Source: Candidatus Saccharimonadales bacterium (GTDB lineage: Bacteria > Patescibacteriota > Saccharimonadia > Saccharimonadales > 2-12-FULL-41-12). From it: a stretch of DNA of 64,000 nt. The stretch lies in contig JANWLD010000001.1 of NCBI GenBank assembly GCA_025451045.1, positions 343,468 through 407,467 of the forward strand, given 5' to 3'. The stretch's first letter is position 1; the number at the start of each line of letters is the position of its first letter. Of this stretch, positions 52,955 to 61,664 are shown piece after piece. The translations under genes and the position numbers were made by a program. Under the pieces are notes generated by a model, which saw only the letters and a program-made list of their open reading frames with translations, had not been told where the DNA came from and searched no databases.

Positions 52955-53779
52955 ATGATAACAAAAATTATGTCAGGACAGGAAGCCTTAGAAAAAGCTC
53001 CAAAGAGCTTTTCAGCCCAACCCACTCAAACCAGAGGTGCATATGCGCATTTGGCTCATGATACGCGGTTCAGGGTACATTTCTTAGACGGCGAACATGA
53101 TGAAGCGGCGGTTGCCAGTATGGCTGTTGCCGCCCAGCGTTTGGGAAGTCGAGGAATCTCAGGAGCACGAATCGAGATAGGGGATATTCCTGAAGTAGAC
53201 CTGATTGAGTATGATACGGGCGCAGATGGCAAGCTGGGTTTTTCCTCACACAGTAAGTTCGAGGAAGTCGGTGAAAGCCTTGGATATAAAAGGATAACTT
53301 ATGGACGTGTCTGGAATATATTCAGAAATAATAACTATTTGGCCCTGAAACTTATTGATTTAAGACAATTTATGGTCGAGGGTAAAGAAGCTCTGGCCGA
53401 GCTGGAAGATAACGATAGCGGCTGGGCCGATAGAAAGCGCGAAGAACTTGGCAAGGACTATAAACAGCACCAGTGGTATGCGCGCTATCAGCCCCATGGC
53501 GAGGATTTGGAAAATGACCCGACCATCACCATTCATAATTGGCAGAGGCCTTATCTATTTGTGACTGAAAGCAGAAAGCGCCCAACAAGCGCCTATGGCA
53601 AACCTAAGAAAGTCGGTGAGACTTTTATTGATATGGATGCTCTATATAAGCTGGAAGCCCACGGTAAAACAGGGGACTACACGAAACATACCGGCGTTGT
53701 TTGCCAAAATATCATCAACAGTTTTATCAATCTCCATATTATTGACCACATCAATGACTCAGACAGCTTGATGCATTAA
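52955..53779 (+). CDS. hypothetical protein (orphan, 274 aa)
   Basis: Long ORF with ordinary composition; no motif recognised; TACAAT 8 nt upstream of the ATG. Confidence 0.55.
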   Translation: MITKIMSGQEALEKAPKSFSAQPTQTRGAYAHLAHDTRFRVHFLDGEHDEAAVASMAVAAQRLGSRGISGARIEIGDIPEVDLIEYDTGADGKLGFSSHSKFEEVGESLGYKRITYGRVWNIFRNNNYLALKLIDLRQFMVEGKEALAELEDNDSGWADRKREELGKDYKQHQWYARYQPHGEDLENDPTITIHNWQRPYLFVTESRKRPTSAYGKPKKVGETFIDMDALYKLEAHGKTGDYTKHTGVVCQNIINSFINLHIIDHINDSDSLMH

Positions 53780-53781
53780 AT

Positions 53782-55047
53782 CTAAACGATTTTTTCTTCG
53801 GCGGGATGGACTTTGTCAATTTTGTCGGATTTGGCATGTTCTTTACGGGCAAGCAGGATAAACGGCACGGAAAACGCGCTGATTACACCAGAAACTAGAT
53901 AGGATGTAGAGTAGCTGTAAACATCAGCAACTCTACCTAGTACCGGCTGGAAAACTACTCCGCCGCTGGAACCGATGACCGAATCAAATGATAAAACCGT
54001 TGCCCGTTGCTGGGAAGGGATTTCGCCGTTGAGGTACGTTTGGCGTACTGGTCCGGATGTTGCGAAGATCAGAGCCCAGATGACAATCAGGCCCAAGGCT
54101 ATAGCAAAAGAATGTATAAGTCCCAAAGCAATCAAAACAAACGCGCTGACTACGTAAACAGATGATAAGATAGTTGTCCGCTTGCCAAAAAGCGTGATGA
54201 CTTTCGGTACGACCAAACCGCCGATTATCTGCGCGCCGGCGATTATTGCCGCAACCAATCCGGCAATACTATATGCATCCGGATCGCCGTAAAGTTCCAG
54301 TAAAAACGGTTGCAGGGCATAAAACACGTAAAAACTGATACCGGTTAAAAACGGCGCGGAAAGCATTATCCAGCGTACCTTGCGGTTTTTTATACCATAA
54401 TGTATCGAAGCGTCGAGAATTTTCTTCATTTCTTTTACCGGCCGTTTGCTCTTTTGAGGCGTAAAACCAATGTCGCGCATGACCACAAAAGCCGTGACAA
54501 AACTTATTCCTAAAATTACCGCTCTTAGAATATAAGGTACGCCCAAATTGCTGGCTTGGGCTATGATACCGCCGGCGACTGAACCGCTTAGCATGGCTAT
54601 ACCGCCGACAATCTGCCCACGAGCAAAAACATGCTCCAAAGGCCCTTTGTATTTGGTCGCATGAAGCGCATCGACCAGCCAGGCCTCAACCGCACCGGAG
54701 AAGAAAGTAAAGCCCAGCCCCAGAACCATGGAAGAAATCGCCCAGCCCCAAAACGGCCCGGAAATTTCCCACATATATAGATATAGCAATGTTGAAAAAC
54801 CAAGCGTCAAACATCCAAGCAGGAATGAAGTCCGCCGGCCGCGGCTATCGGCAATCACACCCGTCGGAACTTCAAACAGTACTTGTCCAACGGTAAAGAA
54901 CGCATTAGCGGCGAACGCCTCGGTGTTGGATAGCCCCGCATCGAGTAAAAACAAGGTGTTGATACCCCATATCAGCGATGCCGCCAAGGTATTTAATAAG
55001 GTCAAAGTCAGGTATACGCGCTGGACACGCCGCGCCTCATGATTCAT
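53782..55047 (-). CDS. MFS transporter
   Basis: 12 TM; 'GVIADSRGRR' MFS loop motif; start trimmed to ATG 55047 by TACAAT-N6-ATG. Confidence 0.8.
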   Translation of the reverse strand: MNHEARRVQRVYLTLTLLNTLAASLIWGINTLFLLDAGLSNTEAFAANAFFTVGQVLFEVPTGVIADSRGRRTSFLLGCLTLGFSTLLYLYMWEISGPFWGWAISSMVLGLGFTFFSGAVEAWLVDALHATKYKGPLEHVFARGQIVGGIAMLSGSVAGGIIAQASNLGVPYILRAVILGISFVTAFVVMRDIGFTPQKSKRPVKEMKKILDASIHYGIKNRKVRWIMLSAPFLTGISFYVFYALQPFLLELYGDPDAYSIAGLVAAIIAGAQIIGGLVVPKVITLFGKRTTILSSVYVVSAFVLIALGLIHSFAIALGLIVIWALIFATSGPVRQTYLNGEIPSQQRATVLSFDSVIGSSGGVVFQPVLGRVADVYSYSTSYLVSGVISAFSVPFILLARKEHAKSDKIDKVHPAEEKIV

Positions 55048-55053
55048 AACCAA

Positions 55054-55059
55054 ATTGTA
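55054..55059 (-). promoter_or_regulatory. -10 box (TACAAT) N6 upstream of ATG 55047: leaderless-type promoter
   Basis: minus-strand read: TACAAT ttggtt ATG. Confidence 0.5.
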
Positions 55060-55085
55060 TCAGCAAAAACAGATTTTTGACTAAC

Positions 55086-55808
55086 TTATAAGACGCCTTT
55101 TTGACGCCATAATTTAGGGGCGTCACGAAGACGTATATCAGATTCTTCAAGGGCTCTTTGGGCGCTAAACAAACCTACTTCTTGTTGTATGGTTAATTTG
55201 CCCAGTTTACTGAATTTTACGTCGTACATCTTTTCATCAGCTTGGCGCATAAGTTCTGAAAAACTTTTAATTTCTTCGGATAACATTGCAAAACCGACAG
55301 AAAGGTCAAGGCCGTTTTCTCTGAAAGCACCATTGCCAGGTTTGTTTACATATTTGCTGTATCTTTTTTCAAATTCCTGAGCTGTCTTTTTTGTTTGCTC
55401 TTCATCTCCTTTGCAAAGGATAGCAAACTCATCACCACCTATACGCCCCGCTATCAGCGGTGTCTCGGATGAGGCCGTCAAATCAGCCAAAATTGATTTG
55501 GCTGTATCGATTACTTCATCGCCTACATGGTGTCCTAAGCTGTCATTTATATATTTAAGGCTGTCAACATCGCCGATTATAATCCCCAGCGGAGCGCCTC
55601 CTTCAATGGCCGCAGCGACTTTCTCCGCGGCAACCCTTCGAAAGGCCCCGCTTTTATATAAACCATAGTCATCAATATCGGCCTCGGCATTTGATTCTTG
55701 GTAACCCTCATTGAACCCCTTATTATAAAATCCATTAAATTCTAAGGCTTGCTCTTGAAGCGCAACCCTTTCAGGGGTAAATAACTCTGGATGCTTATAT
55801 GAAGCCAT
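55086..55808 (-). CDS. GGDEF-domain diguanylate cyclase without recognisable sensor domain
   Basis: 'RIGGDEFAILC' intact GGDEF; 'DSLKYINDSLGHHVGDEV'; about 70-aa N-terminal region of unknown type; start trimmed to ATG 55808. Confidence 0.8.
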   Translation of the reverse strand: MASYKHPELFTPERVALQEQALEFNGFYNKGFNEGYQESNAEADIDDYGLYKSGAFRRVAAEKVAAAIEGGAPLGIIIGDVDSLKYINDSLGHHVGDEVIDTAKSILADLTASSETPLIAGRIGGDEFAILCKGDEEQTKKTAQEFEKRYSKYVNKPGNGAFRENGLDLSVGFAMLSEEIKSFSELMRQADEKMYDVKFSKLGKLTIQQEVGLFSAQRALEESDIRLRDAPKLWRQKGVL

Positions 55809-55811
55809 CTC

Positions 55812-55820
55812 TATATTATA
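55812..55820 (-). promoter_or_regulatory. extended -10 (TGcTATAAT) N6 upstream of ATG 55808: leaderless-type promoter
   Basis: minus-strand read: TGcTATAAT atagag ATG. The TATAAT occupies 55815-55820 and the TG lies just outside (55822-55823). The track start TTG 55826 is upstream of the -10. Confidence 0.55.
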
Positions 55821-55901
55821 GCACAAAATAATAAAAATGTCTAGCCCCCTTATGCTTAAAACCAGAACTCAAAATGAGTTATGATAGATTAAAGATATTT
55901 T

Positions 55902-57014
55902 ATGCACAAAGGTACAAAGTTTTTTACTAGTGAATCAGTTTGCTGTGGGCATCCGGACAAAATCTGTGACGCTATCAGCGACGCTATACTTGACGCTGCC
56001 CTTAAGGCGGATCCAATGGCCCGCACAGCAGTTGAAACGGTGGTCGGCGACAGCCATATAAGCCTTTTCGGAGAGGTCAAAATTGCCGGCAAAATTGATT
56101 TTGAAAAGATTGTTCGCAAAAAAATCGCCGAATTAGGCTACATAAACCCGGACTGGAAATTTTCTCTCGAAGCCAAGTTCTCTAACTTTATACATAGCCA
56201 AGCGCATGATATAGCAATAGGAGTTGATAAGGGCGGGGCGGGTGACCAGGGCATGATGTTCGGCTATGCCTGCAAACAAACCCCGGAGTTGATGCCATTG
56301 CCTATAATGCTGGCTCACGCCCTGACGCGTAAGATTGATGAAACCCGCGCGCTAGGCGAGCTTAAGTGGTTACGGCCGGATGGCAAGGCACAGGTTACGG
56401 TACGGTACGAGGATGCAAAGCCGATAAGCGTAGAGAAGACCGTTTTGGCAGTTGCCCATGATGAACAGACCGACATAGAGCAAGTCCGAAAAGAAGCATT
56501 TGAAAAAATAATCAAACCGGTACTGAAAAGTTTCAACATGAACGATGATAGCGACATAATTATCAATGGTACCGGTGTCTGGCATGTCCCGGGTCCGGAA
56601 TCCGACGCCGGCCTGACCGGCCGCAAGATAGTGGTTGACACTTATGGCGGCTATGCGCGGGTCGGCGGCGGGGCGTTTTCCGGCAAAGACCCGAGTAAGG
56701 TTGATCGCTCCGGTGCTTACGCCGCCCGATACATCGCCAAAAATATTGTAGCGAACGGCCTGGCTGACGAGTGCGAAGTGGGCTTGGCCTACGTTATTGG
56801 ACAGCCTAAACCTCTAATGCGGACAATTGAAACATTCAATACGGCTAAAGTAAGCGAAAAAACGCTTAATTCTTTCGCTGATAAGCTTATCGATACCTCA
56901 GTTAACGGAATAATTGAAACCCTAAACCTTCGCCGTCCTATATATTCGCAAACTTCGGCCTATGGGCATTTTGGAAAAGCTGGCCTACCCTGGGAGCAGA
57001 TTTCCAAACCTTAG
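55902..57014 (+). CDS. metK: S-adenosylmethionine synthetase
   Basis: 370 aa; 'GHPDKICDAISDAILDA', 'GAGDQGMMFGYA', 'GGGAFSGKDPSKVDRS'. Confidence 0.95.
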   Translation: MHKGTKFFTSESVCCGHPDKICDAISDAILDAALKADPMARTAVETVVGDSHISLFGEVKIAGKIDFEKIVRKKIAELGYINPDWKFSLEAKFSNFIHSQAHDIAIGVDKGGAGDQGMMFGYACKQTPELMPLPIMLAHALTRKIDETRALGELKWLRPDGKAQVTVRYEDAKPISVEKTVLAVAHDEQTDIEQVRKEAFEKIIKPVLKSFNMNDDSDIIINGTGVWHVPGPESDAGLTGRKIVVDTYGGYARVGGGAFSGKDPSKVDRSGAYAARYIAKNIVANGLADECEVGLAYVIGQPKPLMRTIETFNTAKVSEKTLNSFADKLIDTSVNGIIETLNLRRPIYSQTSAYGHFGKAGLPWEQISKP

Positions 57015-57120
57015 CACCGCAAATAAAACTGGGAAAATGTACCAAAAAAGTTGCAGGCATGGCTGGCTTTGCCAGACAACAGTGTAACTTGGCGCGTAGA
57101 TTCTGGTACAATTGTGTTTA

Positions 57121-58047
57121 ATGATTGACATATACCACAGCACCGCACGCTCTCGAAAACTAGCCAAACTGGATGAAGTCAAGGTTGGCAGCTGGATTCA
57201 TGCTGTAGAACCGACCAATGCCGAACTGGACAAACTATCCAAGGATTTGGACTTGGACCGCGATATTTTGCAGGATACGGCTGACCCGCATGAAGCACCA
57301 CGTGTCGAAGTTAGTGACGGCAAAGTTTACGTTTTCTGCCGTTATTGCCGACCGGAAGACCCGGACATTCCAACCGAACCGATGCTTGTGATTTACACCG
57401 ACAAAAATATCATTACCGTGATGCGCAGTGCCGACAACATCCTTGAGCGGCTTATTTCCGGCAAAACCCAGTTGCTGACGACGCAAAAAACCAAAACCTT
57501 TCTGCATGTGCTGGACCAGATAAACCAGACTTACCGGGTACAGCTCCTGCATATAGGCAAACAGATACTTCGTTTCCGTTCCCAGATGCGCCGAACCGAA
57601 GCCAGCAACATCGACCTTATTAAATTTATCGAGCTGGAAGAAGATTTGAACGAATTTTTGTCCGCCCTTCAGCCGCAAGCTTTGGTTCTGAACGCTTTGG
57701 AAAGCGGTAAATACATGAGGCTTTATGAAGACGACCGGGAAATGGCTGATGACATTATGCTGAGCACTAACGAGTTGATTGAACTTTGTAAATCGCGTCT
57801 GCGAACAGTCGTAAATATCCGCACCGCTTATGACGTTATCGCCACTAACAACCTGAACAAGATTTTCAAGCGGCTGACCTCAATCGCTATCTTTTTAGCC
57901 ATCCCGACCATTATCGGCGGGCTGTGGGGAATGAACGTGACTATTCCTTTTCAGCACTATAAATACGCGTTCGGCATAGTGTTAGTTCTAATCGTAGTCT
58001 GTATGTATTTGACCGCTAAGTTTTTCAACTACAAAAAATGGATCTGA
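57121..58047 (+). CDS. corA: CorA-family magnesium/cobalt transporter
   Basis: 'GLWGMNV' GMN motif before the last TM; ATG 57121 lies 8 nt after TGgTACAAT (57104-57112). Confidence 0.85.
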   Translation: MIDIYHSTARSRKLAKLDEVKVGSWIHAVEPTNAELDKLSKDLDLDRDILQDTADPHEAPRVEVSDGKVYVFCRYCRPEDPDIPTEPMLVIYTDKNIITVMRSADNILERLISGKTQLLTTQKTKTFLHVLDQINQTYRVQLLHIGKQILRFRSQMRRTEASNIDLIKFIELEEDLNEFLSALQPQALVLNALESGKYMRLYEDDREMADDIMLSTNELIELCKSRLRTVVNIRTAYDVIATNNLNKIFKRLTSIAIFLAIPTIIGGLWGMNVTIPFQHYKYAFGIVLVLIVVCMYLTAKFFNYKKWI

Positions 58048-58355
58048 GCACTTCATGCCAGCCAGCCTGCTCCCGAGCAGAGCTCGGAACTCTGCCGGCT
58101 TCTTGGCGCCAGGCACGATTTTCTCCTGCGATGCTCCCGCACAGTATTATATATACGGTTTAGTCCACTTCTCGAAGACAAATCGCACCTGACTCTCAAG
58201 CATGAAACACTCAGAGATATAAGCGTAAGCTTTTTAGTTTTCAGTATTGACTGACGGGTTTATAATAATAGCTGGAAGTGTGAGGCTTCCGCCGACCTCG
58301 GTATCAACACCGGGGTCCCATTATTTACAAGACTTTTTAAGATATACTATCTTAT

Positions 58356-59408
58356 ATGGAGATAGTATTAGGATTGCAGGCGCTGGTTATTCTGGCGCTT
58401 ATTGGTTTTATAGTTTGGAGAAGCTCGAAATCCGGTGATACTACTGCGGCTACTCTTATAAAACAGGACATAACCACGCTCAGCAACTCGGTAGACAAGC
58501 TTAAAGATGGTCTGCAAAAGCAGTTATCAGATCAATTAGGTGCCAGCAACAAACAATTAGCTTCGCAATCTGCTGCAAGCATCAAAATTCTTGAGCAAGT
58601 TACAGAAAAGCTAACAAAGCTGGAAGGTACTAATAAAAATGTCGGTGACATTGCCAGTGAACTTAAAACCTTGCAAAATGTGTTGCAAAATCCCAAGCAG
58701 CGTGGCGTCATCGGCGAGTATTACTTAAAGCAAATCCTGGATAATGTCCTACCCGCTGGCACGTTTGAACTGCAATATAAGCTGGGCGAGGGTATGGTGG
58801 TGGATGCTGTCGTAAAGCTGGACGATAAGTTGCTGCCCCTAGACAGCAAATTCCCTCTGGAAAATTACAACCGCCTGTTGGAGGCTAAAGAATCAGAAAG
58901 AATCGAGTTGACACGTGCTTTCAAAGAAGACGTCAAAAGACGGATTGACGAAACTGCTAAATATATCAAGCCTGGCAAGGGTACGTTGGACCAAGCACTG
59001 ATGTTTATACCGAGCGAGGCAATATATTATGATCTGTTAGCCAATAAGGTTGGCGTTGGCGGTGTATCCGGTCGCAACCTGATGCAGTACTCTGTGGAGA
59101 AGAAAGTAACGATTGTCGGACCGAGCACCTTGAGCGCTATGTTACAGACGATAGCCCAAGGCCTGCGTTCCATAGAGATACACAAAGACACCGAGAAAAT
59201 TCGCAAGAACATCGAACAGCTTAGCAAGCATCTAGTGGCGCACAACGGCTACATGATGAAGCTTGGCAATAGTCTGGGAACGACTGTGGGACACTTTAAC
59301 AACACTTACAAAGAGTTAGGCAAGATAGACCGGGACATAGTTAAAATAGCAGAAACTAATCCGTCTGTTGAACCGTTGGTTTTAGACAAACCCCAAACCG
59401 ATGATTAG
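58356..59408 (+). CDS. rmuC: DNA recombination protein RmuC
   Basis: 350 aa; N-terminal TM, coiled-coil, C-terminal 'PDAVVKL...PLDSKFPLENY', 'ALMFIPSEAIY' RmuC nuclease-like core. Confidence 0.85.
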   Translation: MEIVLGLQALVILALIGFIVWRSSKSGDTTAATLIKQDITTLSNSVDKLKDGLQKQLSDQLGASNKQLASQSAASIKILEQVTEKLTKLEGTNKNVGDIASELKTLQNVLQNPKQRGVIGEYYLKQILDNVLPAGTFELQYKLGEGMVVDAVVKLDDKLLPLDSKFPLENYNRLLEAKESERIELTRAFKEDVKRRIDETAKYIKPGKGTLDQALMFIPSEAIYYDLLANKVGVGGVSGRNLMQYSVEKKVTIVGPSTLSAMLQTIAQGLRSIEIHKDTEKIRKNIEQLSKHLVAHNGYMMKLGNSLGTTVGHFNNTYKELGKIDRDIVKIAETNPSVEPLVLDKPQTDD

Positions 59409-59782
59409 TTATCTATTGGGTTAAGAGAAAGCTGAAAGCTTTCCTCTCCTCTCAAGACACTCAGTCCAGCACCTATGTGAGCGGCTAATTCTGTAATACT
59501 CTCACTGTGGACATCTTTATCGTAAATCAATATTGATCCTTTTTTGCCACCTATCTCTATCTCATCTGTTAATAATGCAACTTTGGACAATACAGATAGT
59601 TCATTAATCTTTTTTAATACCTTATATTGGCGTGCAGTGAACTTTTGTTTATTTGGTCCAGGAGAAATAGCATCCCACTCTCTGCTTGTAATCGGAGGAC
59701 TAACGAACATTGTCGAAACATGCCCTCCTCCTTCTTTTTTCATTTCTATGATGTGGCTGATTTCTTTGCTTTCGGCGCTCAT
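59405..59782 (-). CDS. hypothetical protein (125 aa)
   Basis: ORF with AAAGGGG RBS; convergent 4-nt overlap with rmuC; no motif recognised. Confidence 0.5.
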   Translation of the reverse strand: MSAESKEISHIIEMKKEGGGHVSTMFVSPPITSREWDAISPGPNKQKFTARQYKVLKKINELSVLSKVALLTDEIEIGGKKGSILIYDKDVHSESITELAAHIGAGLSVLRGEESFQLSLNPIDN

Positions 59783-59881
59783 TTGATAACCCCTTTAAAT
59801 ATATAGATAGTTATATATCATTAATATAAATATTAAAATTGCTCATGCTATTTATAATTGAAAACTGATATCATAGTGCTT

Positions 59882-60145
59882 ATGAGTGAAAATGAAAAAC
59901 CCAAACAAAATAAATACCAGATTGACGCGGCTCATTTAGCTGAAGTATTAATAAAAGCCGAATATGTTGATAAAAGAAGTTTTTATATTCATAACTTCCT
60001 CCGAGGTGTCGTTGTGGGGGCTGGCACTGTACTGGGCGCCACGGTTTTAATAGCAATTTTGCTTTGGTTTCTTTCTATATTTGACACTGTACCGCTAATC
60101 GGCCCGTTCATTGATAACGCCCGACAAACGATTGAGCAGAAGTAA
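59882..60145 (+). CDS. small membrane protein (DUF5665-like)
   Basis: 'YIHNFLRGVVVGAGTVLGATVLIAILLW'; the track start TTG 59858 overlaps a TATAAT (59853-59858), so the first ATG (59882) is used. Confidence 0.55.
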   Translation: MSENEKPKQNKYQIDAAHLAEVLIKAEYVDKRSFYIHNFLRGVVVGAGTVLGATVLIAILLWFLSIFDTVPLIGPFIDNARQTIEQK

Positions 60146-60147
60146 GC

Positions 60148-60645
60148 CTATCGGAAGTTTATAAAACTCAGCGGGAAATCAAATTCCTGGCCTCGGAGCA
60201 ACTGCATGACGGCTTGCAATTCGTCCTTTTTCTGGCTGGTTACGCGGATTTCCTCGCCCTGAATCTGAGTTTTGGCTTTCGGATAAGTATCGCGAATCAG
60301 CTTAGTGATTTTTTTGGCGTCATCACCCTTTAAGCCTGATTTAAAAACTATTTCTTTGGTTGTTTTGAGGTTTGAAACTACCGGCTCTTTGGAAGTGTCT
60401 AAAACTTTCTGGCTTTGGTTTCGGGCTGCCAGCTTTTTTCTTACAAGGTCGGTTATCGCTTCGATATGGTAATCATTGTCACCGGTTATAAGCAGCCCCG
60501 TCTTATCCGGATTCAGCCAATCCAAGTTCGCGGACGAGCCTTTCAAATCGTAGCGGTTGGACAGCTCTTTTTTGGTTTGCTCGAAGACGTTATTCATCTC
60601 AGCTTTGTCGTAATCAGACACTATATCAAAAGAGAAACTCGCCAT
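60148..60645 (-). CDS. yajQ: YajQ-family nucleotide-binding protein (UPF0234)
   Basis: 165 aa; 'SFSFDIVSDYD', 'QIQGEEIRVTSQKKDELQAVMQLLR' colinear with E. coli YajQ '[25 protein letters not shown]'. Confidence 0.9.
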   Translation of the reverse strand: MASFSFDIVSDYDKAEMNNVFEQTKKELSNRYDLKGSSANLDWLNPDKTGLLITGDNDYHIEAITDLVRKKLAARNQSQKVLDTSKEPVVSNLKTTKEIVFKSGLKGDDAKKITKLIRDTYPKAKTQIQGEEIRVTSQKKDELQAVMQLLRGQEFDFPLSFINFR

Positions 60646-60678
60646 ATTGCCATGTTATCATAAGTGTAAAGGAGAAAC

Positions 60679-61617
60679 ATGAGAGCGGCGCAAATTAGCG
60701 AGTATGGCGACCCTTCGGTTTTGCAGATAAACGAAGTGGAAACACCGGTTCCAAAGCCGGGACAAGTCCTTGTAGAAGTCTATGCGGCGAGCCTTAACCC
60801 GTTTGATACGACAGTCCGCTCAGGACGCTTGAAAGATGCAATTCCGCTTCAATTTCCAGCCACGCTTGGCGGAGATATTGCCGGAATAGTGTCCGGGTTA
60901 GGCGATGGGGTGAATAGCTTTAATATTGGCGATAAGGTTTATGGACAGGCAAGCATAGTTGCGGGCAATAGCGGAGCATTTGCCGAATTTGCCGCGACGT
61001 CGGAAAAACAAATTGCCAAAGCGCCTTCCGATTTGGACTTTCAGCAGATTGCTTCTTTGCCTTTAGTCGGCGTAAGCGCGCTTCAGGCTACCATGGAACA
61101 TATAAATTTACATTCAGGGCAAAAGATTTTTATCCATGGCGGCGCCGGAGGTATCGGCACTATTGCCATACAAATAGCCAAACATTTGGGGGCATTCGTA
61201 GCTACCACTGCCAAGGATGCCGGAGCAGATTTGGTAAAAACTTTGGGCGCTGATGAGATTATTAACTATGAAACCCATGATTTTGCACAAATCCTAAACG
61301 GTTTTGACGCAGTGTTTGACACTGTTGGGGGAGATGATTTTAACAAATCGCTCACGATACTTAAAAAAGGAGGAATCGCGGTTTCGATGATCACCCAGCC
61401 CGATGAGGCTAAAGCCCGCGAGCTTGAAGTCACTGCTTTGCATCAGGCTACCAAAGTAAACACCGAAAAACTTGATAAGCTTACAAAACTTGTCGAAGAT
61501 GGCGTTATAGTTACGCAAGTTAATAAAGTGTTTCCACTAGATAATATAAAAGAGGCATTTAAAGCCCGTGAAAGCGGCGCCACACCGGGAAAAGTCGTCA
61601 TAGCGATAAAAACTTAA
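60679..61617 (+). CDS. NADPH:quinone oxidoreductase-like medium-chain dehydrogenase/reductase
   Basis: 312 aa; 'GQVLVEVYAASLNPFD', 'IHGGAGGIGTIAIQIAK' Rossmann motif; AAAGGAG RBS. Confidence 0.8.
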   Translation: MRAAQISEYGDPSVLQINEVETPVPKPGQVLVEVYAASLNPFDTTVRSGRLKDAIPLQFPATLGGDIAGIVSGLGDGVNSFNIGDKVYGQASIVAGNSGAFAEFAATSEKQIAKAPSDLDFQQIASLPLVGVSALQATMEHINLHSGQKIFIHGGAGGIGTIAIQIAKHLGAFVATTAKDAGADLVKTLGADEIINYETHDFAQILNGFDAVFDTVGGDDFNKSLTILKKGGIAVSMITQPDEAKARELEVTALHQATKVNTEKLDKLTKLVEDGVIVTQVNKVFPLDNIKEAFKARESGATPGKVVIAIKT

Positions 61618-61664
61618 ACTGCAAGGACATACTATACCCGCCTCTGGTACAATATTACCCAAGC

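Noticed and set aside
58048-58200. GC-rich spacer considered as SRP RNA, tmRNA or RNase P RNA
   Set aside because: I could not find several conserved cores on either strand. These are the SRP helix-8 GNRA/'GGAAGCAGCC'-type motif, the tmRNA tRNA-like end ('...GGTTCGAATCC...CCA' with a tag ORF) and the RNase P 'GAGGAAAGTCC' core. The region is kept only as an unexplained item in the findings.
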